Source of the DNA: Eledone cirrhosa
Taxonomy: Eukaryota
Reading direction: 5' to 3'
NCBI GenBank assembly: GCA_964016885.1
Contig: OZ024743.1
Location: forward strand, 218,550,001 to 218,614,000
Length of the DNA: 64,000 nt
The position numbers and the translations under genes were made by a program. The notes below the pieces were generated by a model. That model had not been told where the DNA came from and ran no database searches. It saw only the letters and a program-made list of their open reading frames with translations. Numbering within the stretch: the stretch's first letter is position 1; every line of letters begins with the position of its first letter. Below are positions 27,674 to 38,786 of the stretch, in pieces.

Positions 27674-27722
27674 ATATATATATATACATACATTATATAT
27701 ATACATTATATAGATATATATA
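27005..27722. repeat. Long compound (TA)n/(TACA) microsatellite
   Basis: Direct reading; source of spurious YI-rich ORFs. Confidence 0.9.
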
Positions 27723-29935
27723 TCTCCAAGACAATGTCACTGGACCGAGATCTTTGGCGCTACACAGTTATACAGAAGACCCGCCTTGTCTAAGTACAAA
27801 GCGAAACCTAGTCAGTAGGCACCTCTAACAAAATACACCCCATCCCACTACCTCCACCCCATCCACACCACCCCCTTAAATGTGAAGTTATGTTGGCACC
27901 ACAACATCCAGTTCGAAACAAATGAGGTTGTTTAGGTGTCACGACAAAAAAATACACAGTCCACGCTGTAATGTGGCCGTGTAGGTAACACGGTAAAAAC
28001 CTCCTAGTCCACACTGTAAACATGGTTGGTGTTAGGAAGGGAATCCAGCCATAGAAAACCTGCCAGACACTCCTATACGAGCAGGATAACCAATCTTGCC
28101 TCAAGTGGGAAAACTCCCGTCCAAACCCATGCAAGCATGGAAGATGGACGTTAAACAATGATGATGATGATGATGATGATATATATATATACATATATCA
28201 GAAAACAGAACCCAGATCCCCTCAGGGAAATGGCCTTGCTCAGTATGTAGGAAAGGTGTAGGTAGGAACTCCATTCTCTGCCCCAAATGCAAACAATGGG
28301 TACACAAGAGATGTAGCGGGATCTCAGGAAGCTTAATTAAGAATGTAGGATTCACATGCAGCAGCTGTGCTGAAACAGCAAGCAAACAGCCACAGGAAAC
28401 AAGTACCACCAATCTCTGGGAGGGCCCTGTAGAAACAGTAGACAGCTTCTGCTACCTAGGTGACCGAATTAGCAACGGAGGTGGGTGCTCAGAAAGTACA
28501 ATAACTAGGGTAAGAACGGGATGGAAGAAGTTTAGGGAACTACTACCACTGCTAGCTGCAAAAGGCTTCTCCCTCAGAATGAAAGGCAGACTGTATGATG
28601 CGTGTATCCGAACAGCGATGTTGCATGGTAGTGAGACCTGGGCGCTGAAGGTGGAAGACTTACGTAGATTAGAGAGAAACGAAGCCTGCATGCTCCGATG
28701 GATGTGTAACAGTAATATACGCGAACGACAAAGCATAAAGGAATTGAGAGAGAGACTGAGCATAAGAGGAATCAAATGCTGCGTGCAGGAGAGGCGGTTA
28801 CGCTGGTATGGACATGTGATGCGTATGAAGGATGACAGCTGCATAAAAAGGTGCAGAGCACTAGAAGTTGATGGAAACCGCGGAGTAGGGAGATCCAAGA
28901 TGACTTGGGATGAGGTGATAAAAGCCGACCTTACCCAACTACACCTCTCAAAGTCAATGACACACGACCGTGACTTCTGGCGTCACGCAATAATACAGGG
29001 TACCCGACCTCCCATGGGTACATGCTGAAGCATATAAACAATATGCCCCCCCCCCCCCACCGCAAGGTGGTCGTGGAGGTGCCACGGCAAAAAAGCACCC
29101 AGCCCACACTGTAAAGTGGACGTGTAGGCGCCACGAAAAAGCACCCAGCACTCACTGTAAATGAGGTTGGTGTTAGGAAGGGCATCCAGCTGTAGAAATC
29201 AAGCCAAATCAGTTCCTGTATGAGCAAGGCATGGTCAGCCGACCAGACACTGCCCACAACAGGACAACCCGTCTAACCCATGCTAGCGTGGAAGAACGGA
29301 CGTAAAACGGTGATGATGATGATGTGATGATGATACACGATGCGCATGAAAGTCGATAGCTGTATAACAAAGTGCAGGGCAATAAAGATAGACGGTAGTC
29401 ACGGAATAGGCAGACCTAGAAAAACCTGGGACGAGCTGATAAACTCCGATATCACACACTTACACCTCTCCAAGACAATGTCACTGGACCGAGACCTTTG
29501 GCGGTACTCAGTAACAGAGAAGACCCGCCTTACCTAAATACATAGTAAAACCTACTACAACCAGTAGGCATCTCTAACAAAATACACCCCGTCCCACCAC
29601 CACCACCCCCACCCCATCCACACCACCCCGTTCTATGTAAAGTTATGTTGGTGCCGCGCCATCGAGGCCGAAACAAATGAGATCGTGTAGGTGTCACGAC
29701 AAAAAAACACACAGTCCACGCTGTAATGTGGCCGTGTAGGCAACACGGTAAAAACCTCCCAGACCCACACTGTAAATGTGGTTGGTGTTAGGAAGGGCAT
29801 CCAACTGTAGAAAACCTGCCAGACAGTCCTATGCGAGCAAGACAATCACTCTTGCCTCAAGTGGGACTACCCCCGTCCCAACCCATGCAAGCGTGGAACA
29901 CGGACGTTAAACGTTGATGATGATGATGATGATGA
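27723..29935 (+). mobile_element. Three head-to-tail RTE 3' fragments (27723-28180, 28200-29335, 29335-29935)
   Basis: Repeated ORF ends ([13 protein letters not shown]; ORF 28579-29028), each followed by the shared 3' UTR and (GAT)n. Confidence 0.87.
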
Positions 29936-29949
29936 TACATTATATATAT

Positions 29950-30500
29950 ATAAATGTATATATAGTGTATTTTGCAATACACTGTATGCTTAATTAAAAG
30001 CATTTCGATGACCATACGCTATTGTTTTAAAGTAGCGACATTGTCGCTTACTTAAATTTTCAGCAGGCAGGGGGAGATAAGTTGACAGCGCTGTTTCATA
30101 CTATTTGGAACTTATCAAAACTCACTACTCCCCCCGTCTGCCAAAAATTATGTGTGTTGGATTCTTATAGAGTTCCAGTAACAATCAGGAACTGATTTTA
30201 CAGAGTGGTCGCCAGCCCAGCAGAAATTGAAAATTAGAATTGGTGCTCTGAAATAGCGATATATATATGAATGTATATATAGTGTATTTTGCAATACACT
30301 GTATGCTTAATTAAAAGCATTTTGAAGACCATACACTTTTGTTTTAAAGTAGTGACATTGTTGCTTAATTAAATTTTCGGCAAACATGGGGAGATAAGTT
30401 GATATACTTACAGATTGATTTTTTTAGTTTCAGAAGATCCCGTTAAGGGTGAAAGCAGCGATTCTTTGCTTAAACTTTAATCTGTTATTTTAATAAATAC
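29950..30500. repeat. Direct repeat of ~140 bp (29950-30085 / 30270-30403) rich in hairpins
   Basis: AGTGTATT-ttgc-AATACACT and neighbouring sequence duplicated about 320 bp apart. Confidence 0.7.
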
Positions 30501-30511
30501 ATATATATATA

Positions 30512-32440
30512 TCATCATCATCATCATCATCATCATCGTTAAACGTCCATGTTCCACGCTTGCATGGGTTTGGACGGGAGTTTTCCCACTTGAGGCAAGA
30601 GTGGTTATCTTGCTCGCATAGGACTGTCTGGTGGGTTTTCTACAGCTGGATGCCCTTCCTAACACCAACCACATTTACAGTGTGGGACTGGGAGGTTTTT
30701 ACCATGTTGCCTACACGGCCACATTACAGCGTGGACTGTGTGTTTTTTTGTCGTGACACCTACACGATCTCATTTGTTTCGGCCTGGATGTTGTGGCACC
30801 AACATAACTTTACATTGAAAGGGGTGGTGTGGATGGGGTGGGGGGTGGGACGGGGTTGTATTTTGTTAGAGATGCCTACTGACTGTAGTAGGTTTTACTT
30901 TGTATTTAGGTAAGGCGGGTCTTCTTTATTACTGAGTACCGCCAAAGATCTCGGTCCAGTGACATTGTCTTGGAGAGGTGTAAATGTGTGAGGTCAGAAT
31001 TTATCAAGTCGTCCCAGGTTTTTCTGGGTCTGCCTACTCCGTGGCTACCGTCTATCTTTATTGCCCTGCTATTTTTTATACAGCTGTCGTCTTTCATGCG
31101 CATCACGTGACCATACCAATGTAGCCTTCTCTCGAGTAAACAACATCTGATCCCTCTTATTTCTAATTTTTCCCTTAGTTCGTTTATGCTTTGCCGTTCA
31201 CGTATATTACTATTACACATCCAGCGGAGCATGCAAGCTTCGTTCCTCTCTAGTCTGCGTATATCCTCTGCACACAATGCCCAGATCTCACTGCCATGCA
31301 ACATTGCTGTTCGTATGCAGGCATCATACAGCCTGCCTTTCATTTTTAGGGAGAACCCTTTAGCGGCTAATAGTGGTATAAGCTCTCTGAACTTTTTCCA
31401 TCCCGTTCTGACTCTAGCTACTGTGCTTTCAGAGCACCCTCCCCTACTGCTGATTTTGTCACCCAGGTAACGGAAGCTGTCCACTATTTCTATAGAACCC
31501 TCTGCGCAACTGAAAGAGTTAGTATTCTGTGGGCACTTGCTGCTACTTATTGCACCAGAGCACCAGCCACATGTAAAATCTATGTTCTTAGTTAGCTTAC
31601 CTGTGATCCCACTACATCTTTTATGCACCCATACTTTGCATTTGGGACATAAAATTGAGTTTCTACCTAGGCCTTTCCTACACACTGAGCATGGCCATTT
31701 CCCGGAAGGGACTGGCGCCTTATTTTCTTTCCTACAAACTAGAACTTTAGTCTTAGCCAGGTTAATTTTAAGGCCTTTTGATTCTAGGCCGTGCTTCCAT
31801 GTTTGGAATTTCTTCTCTAGCTCGGCCATTGATTCAGCTATGAACATTAGATCATCTGCGTATAGGAGTTCCCATGGGCAGCCGGTCTTCAACTCCACTG
31901 TTATAGCCTGAAGGGCAATAATAAATAGTAGGGGGCTAAGAACAGAGCCCTGATGAACACCAACTTTTACGCTAAACTCTTCACTATATTCGTTGTTAAT
32001 TCTAACCTTGCTGACTGTTTCTTTATACATGGCTTGTATAGCTCTCACAAGCCATTCATCAACACCTAGTTTTCTAAGAGCCCACCAGATAATGGAACGG
32101 GGGACTCTGTCGAAGGCTTTCTCCAAGTCGACAAAAACTAAGTATAGGGGTTTACTTTTAGCTAAGTACTTCTCCTGTAGTTGTCATACAATGAAAAGAG
32201 CGTCTGTGGTACTTTTGCCTGACACAAACCCAAACTGCATTTCATCTAGATCAATTCTCTCTCTGATTAGTTGCGCTATTAGTTTTTCCGTGACCTTCAT
32301 GACCTGGTCGATTAATTTAATGCCTCTATAGTTACTCCTATCTAGGGCGTCTCCTTTACCCTTGTAGCAGTTAATGATGATGCTGCTACGCCAGTCCTTC
32401 GGAACAACCCCATTCTGTATGACTTGGTTTACTATCCGGG
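30512..32440 (-). mobile_element. RTE-clade LINE, 5'-truncated, long intact RT segment
   Basis: ORF 30906-32126: EKAFDRVPR, GVHQGSVLSPLLF, LLYADD, CSVC...CPKC zinc-knuckle-like insert, HGSEIW, WYGHVMR, GRPRKTW; (GAT)n tail. Confidence 0.93.
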
Positions 32441-32454
32441 TACATACATATATA

Positions 32455-34597
32455 CATGGTGGCTGCCAACTCGTTTTCGAGTACGGCCACTACTTTATAT
32501 CCATGTAGGAGAACCCCTACCGATGCGCTGAACGAGTGTGACTTTTTAGTCCAGCCAGCGACTTGAAAACTCTGGTACAAACACTACACTTGTGACAATT
32601 ATTGACACATAGTGCTGGGCCCATGGTACCATGTGACGACAAGTGCAGAAAGATCTCCAGATATAAAGCAATGCCTGTGCCGTGAAGCTTTTATAGTGAG
32701 CAAAGGCACTGCACAAAGCCAGTCCCACTCTCTTAACCAAGATAATATTTATCAAAAAGAAGAATAAGTCAACATCATTGGATACTGAACTGAACAACAG
32801 TGCTAGTCCAGAACAGTGGAAAACTGCCAGTGTCATTCCTCTGTTCAAAAAGGGTGACCGCACATCACCTGTGAACTATTGTCCAGTCAGCCTTACTAGT
32901 TGCATCGCCAAACTGATGGAATCCTGTGTCAGAGAAACACTTTGGAACTTCTGGAGCTCTCACAGTCTTATCCGGCCTTGCAATTTGGATTTATCCCCAA
33001 CTCCAGCTGCTGTGATCAATTTATAGAGTTTCTTGAGGACATCACCCGGATCACTGATGGCGGCTCATGGGTGGATGTTGTTTACCTTGACTTTGCGAAA
33101 GCCTTCAATTCTGTGCCACACAAAAGGCTTATGGCAAAACTCTCTGCAATGGGTGTGAAGGATGATCTTTTTAACTGGTTGAAGTCCTTCATTCTCAGTC
33201 GAAGAGAAGTAGTCACGGTTCTGGGACAGCATTCCTCACCATATGAGATGGCATCTGGTGTACCACAGGGATCTGTTCTTGGCCCCCTTTTGTTTGTGGC
33301 ATATATTAATGACATAGATGCCAACTTAAAGAATGCCACGGTACTAAAGTACGCAGACGAAATCAAGCTGTACCTTGAGATAAAAAGGACAGATCCTGAA
33401 AACTATAGATCTTGCTTGCAGTCTGACCTGGACACAATGCAACAATGGATCTCAGACTGGCAACTCAAGCTAGCTGTGGACAAGTGCACCACCATGCATT
33501 TTGGGAGTAAAAACCCAGCGTCCACATACTCCCTCCACAGCACTAATATCAAGAAGTCTTCTTGTGAACGTAACCTGGGCATTACGATCAGCAGCGATTT
33601 GCGTTGGACGAAGCACGTCTCTAAAATTGTCAAGAGGGCCAAGGGTGTCTTAGCATCACTCAGCAAGACCTTTGTCAGCCGCTCTCCAGATATCTATTTA
33701 AGGCTGTACATGGCTATGGTGCGGCCACACTTAGAATTTGCATCAGTAGTCTGGAACCCCTATTTTGCTCAGAACATTGACCACCTGGAAACTGTTCAGA
33801 GACGTGCAACCAAGCGAATACCCTCCATCAGGCATCTACCATACTCTGAGCGCCTTGTTCCCTGGGCATGGATACATTGAAGCTCCGACACCTGGCAACT
33901 GACTTGGTAAACACCCACAAAATTGTTAACCACCTTGGCAACAACAACCCTGAGTAGCTTTTTGATTTCCATGTGTCTAACACACGTGGACATGCCCACA
34001 AAGTCAGCAAACAGCACAGTACCCATGACTTTCGGAAACATTTTTTCACGCTCAGAGTTGCTGAAGCATCGAACAAACTACCTGCATCAGTTGTTAGCTG
34101 CCGAGACACTGCATCCTTTAAGGCCTCCATGCTTCCCGAGATCCGCCAAGACTACACCTAATGTTCCCCTCCATACACATACACATATGTATACCATGAC
34201 TCATACTCTATTCACTTCCCTGACATTTGTGTATTATTCTATGTACTATACATACACCTTTGACGAGTTGTAGTGCACCTGAGCACTTTACACAATAATT
34301 TCATTATTATTATTATTATACCATCAGGGTTGCAGGTGTTATATCAGAGTTTTCCTTCTCCTAGAATTCTGCCTTGACAAAGGCTAAGGGGTCATCTCTC
34401 CCGGTGATTTTGGATGGCCATTGACTCTTAAGAGCTCCTTTGCCCTTTGACAGGTTTTGTTTTTAGTCCTGCAGGATGTCCAAAGTCACCCTCCTCACCA
34501 AGAAACCTTGGTGGGGTTGCCAGTTTAGTCGCCAACGACCCAACCATCAGACAGGTTGTACTGGGATACATGTTACCAGTAGCACCAACTGGTGACC
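32455..34597 (-). mobile_element. Bipartite non-autonomous RTE-derived element, copy 1 (interrupted by CR1)
   Basis: RTE-like 5' motif CTAGGAGAAGGAAAACTCTGAT. C2H2 remnant [23 protein letters not shown] (32517-32594); 3' end CTCGAAAACGAG-TTGGCAGCCACCA. Confidence 0.65.
32786..34317 (+). mobile_element. 5'-truncated CR1-group LINE
   Basis: RT motifs VIPLFKKG, LDFAKAFNSVPH, SGVPQGSVLGPLLF, YADE, VRPHLEFASVVWNP. (TTA)n tail; ATAC duplicated at both ends. Confidence 0.88.
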
Positions 34598-34760
34598 TAA
34601 CATATACATATACATACATATATACATACATATATATATATACATATATATATATGTATGTATATATATATAAAGATATATGTATGTATATATATGTATA
34701 TATACATACATATATCTTTATATATATATACATACATATATACATATATAGATATATATA

Positions 34761-35353
34761 TGGTGGCTGCCAACTCGTTTTCGAGTACGGCCACTACTTT
34801 ATATCCATGTAGGAGAACCCCTACCGATGCGCTGAACGAGTGTGACTTTTTAGTCCAGCCAGCGACTTGAAAACTCTGGTACAAACACTACACATGTGAC
34901 AATTATTGACACATAGTGCTTTGCCTTTGGTACCATATGACGACAAGTGCAGAGAGATCTCCAGATATAAAGCAATGCCTGTGCCGTGAAGCTTTTATAG
35001 TGAGCAAAGGCACTGCACAAAGCCAGTCCCACTCTCTTAACCAAGATGATATTTACCAAAAAGAAGAACAAGTCAACATCATTGGATACCATCAGGGTTG
35101 CAGGTGTTATATCAGAGTTTTCCTTCTCCTAGAATTCTGCCTTGACAAAGGCTAAGGGGTCATCTCTCCCAGTGATTTTGGATGGCCATTGACTCTTAAG
35201 AGCTCCTTTGCCCTTTGACAGGTTTTGTTTTTAGTCCTGCAGGATGTCCAAAGTCACCCTCCTCACCAAGAAACCTTGGTGGGGTTGCCAGTTTAGTCGC
35301 CAACGACCCGACCATGAGACAGGTTGTACTTGGTGCTACTGGTAACATGTATC
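34761..35353 (-). mobile_element. Bipartite non-autonomous RTE-derived element, copy 2 (uninterrupted, ~590 bp)
   Basis: Nearly identical to copy 1 without the CR1 insert; flanked by (TA)-rich repeats. Confidence 0.65.
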
Positions 35354-35465
35354 ACATATATATATACATATATATATACACATATATATACATATATATA
35401 TACATATACATATATATATATACATACATATATATATATACATATATACATATATACATATACAT

Positions 35466-35564
<99 letters not shown>

Positions 35565-35567
35565 CAT

Positions 35568-36708
35568 ATCATCATCATCATCATCATCAACGTTTAACGT
35601 CCGTGTTCCACACTTGCATGGGTTTGGACGGGGGTAGTCCCACTTGAGGCAAGAGTGATTGTCTTGCTCGCATAGGACTGTCTGGCAGGTTTTCTACAGT
35701 TGGATGCCCTTCCTAACACCAACCACATTTACAGTGTGGGTCTGGGAGGTTTTTACCGTGTTGCCTACACGGCCACATTACAGCGTGGACTGTATGTTTT
35801 TTTGTCGTGACACCTACACAATCTCATTTGTTTCGGCCTGGATGGTGTGGCACCAACACAACTTTACATAGAATGGGGTGGCATGGATGGGGTGGGGGTG
35901 GTGGGACGGGGGGGGGGGTTATTTTGTTAGAGATGCCTACTGGTTGTAGTAGGTTTTACTATGTATTTAGGTAAGGCGGGTCTTCTCTGTTACTGAGTAC
36001 CGCCAAAGGTCTCGGTCCAGTGACATTGTCTTGGAGAGGTGTAAGTGTGTGAGGTCAGAGTTTATCAGCTCGTCCCAGGTTTTTCTAGGTCTGCCTATTC
36101 CGTGGCTACCGTCTATCTTTATTGCCCTGCACTTTGTTATACAGCTATCGACTTTCATACGCATCACGTGTCCATACCAACGTAGCCTTCTCTCGAGTAA
36201 ACAACATCTGATCCCTCTTATTTCTAATTTTTTCCTTAGTTCGTTTATGCTTTGCCGTTCACGTATATTACTGTTATATATCCAGCGGAGCATGCAAGCT
36301 TCGTTCCTCTCTAGTCTGCGTATATCCTCTGCACACAATGCCCAGGTCTCACTGCCATGCAGCATTGCTGTTCGTATGCAGGCATCGTACAACCTGCCTT
36401 TTATTTTTAGGGAGAACCCTTTAGCGGCTAATAGTGGTATAAGCTCTCTGAACTTTTTTCCAACCAGTTCTGACTCTAGCTACTGTACTTTCAGAGCACC
36501 CTCCCCCACTGCTGATTTTATCACCCAGGTAACGGAAGCTGTCCACTATTTCTATAGAACCCTCTGCGCAATTAAAAGAGCTAGTATTTTGTGGGCACTT
36601 GCTGCTACTTATTGCACCAGAGCATCGGCCACATGTAAAATCTATGTTCTTAGTTAGCTTACCTGTGATCCCACTACATCTTTTATGCACCCATACTTTG
36701 CATTTAGG
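35568..36708 (-). mobile_element. RTE LINE 3' fragment
   Basis: ORF 35967-36392, nearly identical to the 30.5-32.4 kb copy. Confidence 0.9.
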
Positions 36709-36779
36709 TATATATATATATATATATAAATGAAAGGTATAGAAAACATTGTAGCAAAAAGCCAACAGTATATATATAT

Positions 36780-36832
<53 letters not shown>

Positions 36833-36835
<3 letters not shown>

Positions 36836-37731
36836 GGTGCAGACAATATTTGTTCGCAATTTTCAACTGCTAATTTTATGCACATTTTTTTTACTTCCGT
36901 TGTCACTCTTGTCTTCATAAAAACAGTGACTATATTTCCATTATTTATTTTCAGAATAATTGATTATGAATAATTTTTAACCTCCAAATTTGTGGAAGAG
37001 ACATGGAGTTCTTCTAGGAATCCGCGCCGGGAGGACAACTCCCAGAACAACTCCAGAAGATCAACTCCCAGAACAACAGGTGGTTCGCTGTCTCATCCAA
37101 AGACGTGCCCAGAGTCATGCAGACAAAGTTTCCAGCGACAACATTGGTCTTAGGTGTCGTCAGCAGTCAAGGTGACGTCATGCCACCTCACTTCTTCCCT
37201 GAGGCCCTCAAGCTGAACACTGATGGCTACATCCGCGTTCTGAGCGAGGTAGTAAAGCCCTGGATTGACAAGGTAGCTGCAGGTAGGCCATACGTGTGGC
37301 AGCAAGACTCAGCGCCCTGCCATACCAGTCAAAAGAACCAAGCCTGGCTGTCAGAGAACTTCGTCGACCACACTTCACCTGACATCTGGCCTCCCAGCAC
37401 GCCTGACTGCAATCCCCTCGACTTCTTTGTGTGGGGTGCAGTGTAACGAGACACCAACAGATCTAGCTGCAATACGAAAGATGATCTGAAGACCAGGATC
37501 ACAAGTGCCTTTAGGGGCCTAAGCCAGAGGACAGTGACGAAGGCCTGTAGCTGATTCCGAGGCCGCCTTGAGGCCGTCATCAAAGCCAATGGCGGGTTTA
37601 TTGAGTGAGATCGAAAGAACAAGTCATGAAGACAAACTGACCCAAGTTTGATAAATAAATCTTTAAAAATAAAACTACTGTGTTATTTTTCCTAGACAGT
37701 AATCTTGCGAACAAATATCGTCTGCACCCTG
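36833..37731 (+). mobile_element. Internally deleted Tc1/mariner-superfamily transposon, DD37D (maT)
   Basis: 27-bp TIRs CAGGGTGCAGAC(A/G)ATATTTGTTCGCAA with TA flanks. Transposase remnant WQQDSAPCH...WPPSTPDCNPLDFFVW with 37 residues between the 2nd and 3rd Asp; N-terminus missing, internal stops. Confidence 0.9.
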
Positions 37732-37751
37732 TATATATATATATATATATA

Positions 37752-38122
37752 TGAAGACGCATGGCTTAGTGGTTAGAGCATTGGCCTTGCAATCGAAAGG
37801 TTGTGAGTTCAATTTTCAGACCAGGTGATGTGTTGTTTCCTTGAGCAAGACACTCTATTTCACATTGCTCCAGTTTACTCAGCTGTCGAAATGAGGTGAT
37901 AGGGATTGGGGTTCCTATCATTCCACTGCAAAGTGATCGTGGGTGTGCCATGACAAAAAAGCACACACACTGTAAAGTGGACGTGTAGGTGCCACGGAAA
38001 AAATAGCACCCAGCACTCACTCTAAATGAGGTTGGTGTTAGGAAGAGCATCCAGCTGTAGAAATCAAGCCAGAATCAGTTCCCGTATGAGCAAGATAAGG
38101 TCAGACGACCGGACACTGCTCA
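37752..38122 (+). mobile_element. Related SINE, longer body
   Basis: Same head and body with an extra repeat unit. Confidence 0.8.
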
Positions 38123-38164
38123 CATTTTGCTTATGTGTTTAATATCTAAATATACAAACGCACA

Positions 38165-38220
<56 letters not shown>

Positions 38221-38743
38221 TGTGTGTTTGTATATTTAGATATTAAAATATATATATATATATATATATATAATTATGTGTGTTTGTATATTTAGATATT
38301 AAACACATAAGCAAAATGATGTACCAATATTTCAACCCCAGAATTACATACAAATATAGGTAGAAAACAAAATCTGGAATCTGTTTCCTTGAAGCAGTCA
38401 TTATATTACTGTAGACAGCATTCCTTACATGCCTGTAAGTTTGGTGGAAAAAGCTAGTTTGCAAACATAAATGTTATTCAATAAAATTGAAAAAAATATA
38501 AACTTCAGTAAAGATACACAATAAACAAGATAAAATATAACCGTATTCACGCAAAATTTCTTCAGGAATTTTTATAAATTTAACTTTGAAAGAAATTTCT
38601 CTGTTTAATCAATATATATAAACATGTGTTACGGTTGGTGCATGTATATGTGTGTCTGCTTATGTCAGCATCTATGTATTTCCATTAAAATATATGCACT
38701 TTCTTTTATAAATATATACAAACACTCATACATATGTCTAAGG

Positions 38744-38786
<43 letters not shown>

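Noticed and set aside
26962-27828. Long Tyr/Ile-rich ORFs here and elsewhere
   Set aside because: Translations of (TA)n microsatellites.
34500-34598. HDV-like ribozyme at the 5' end of the bipartite element
   Set aside because: P3/L3- and J4/2-like pieces are present, but no 7-bp P1 in the required position.
37760-37825. tRNA gene
   Set aside because: A/B boxes belong to a SINE head; no complete cloverleaf and it continues into the SINE body.
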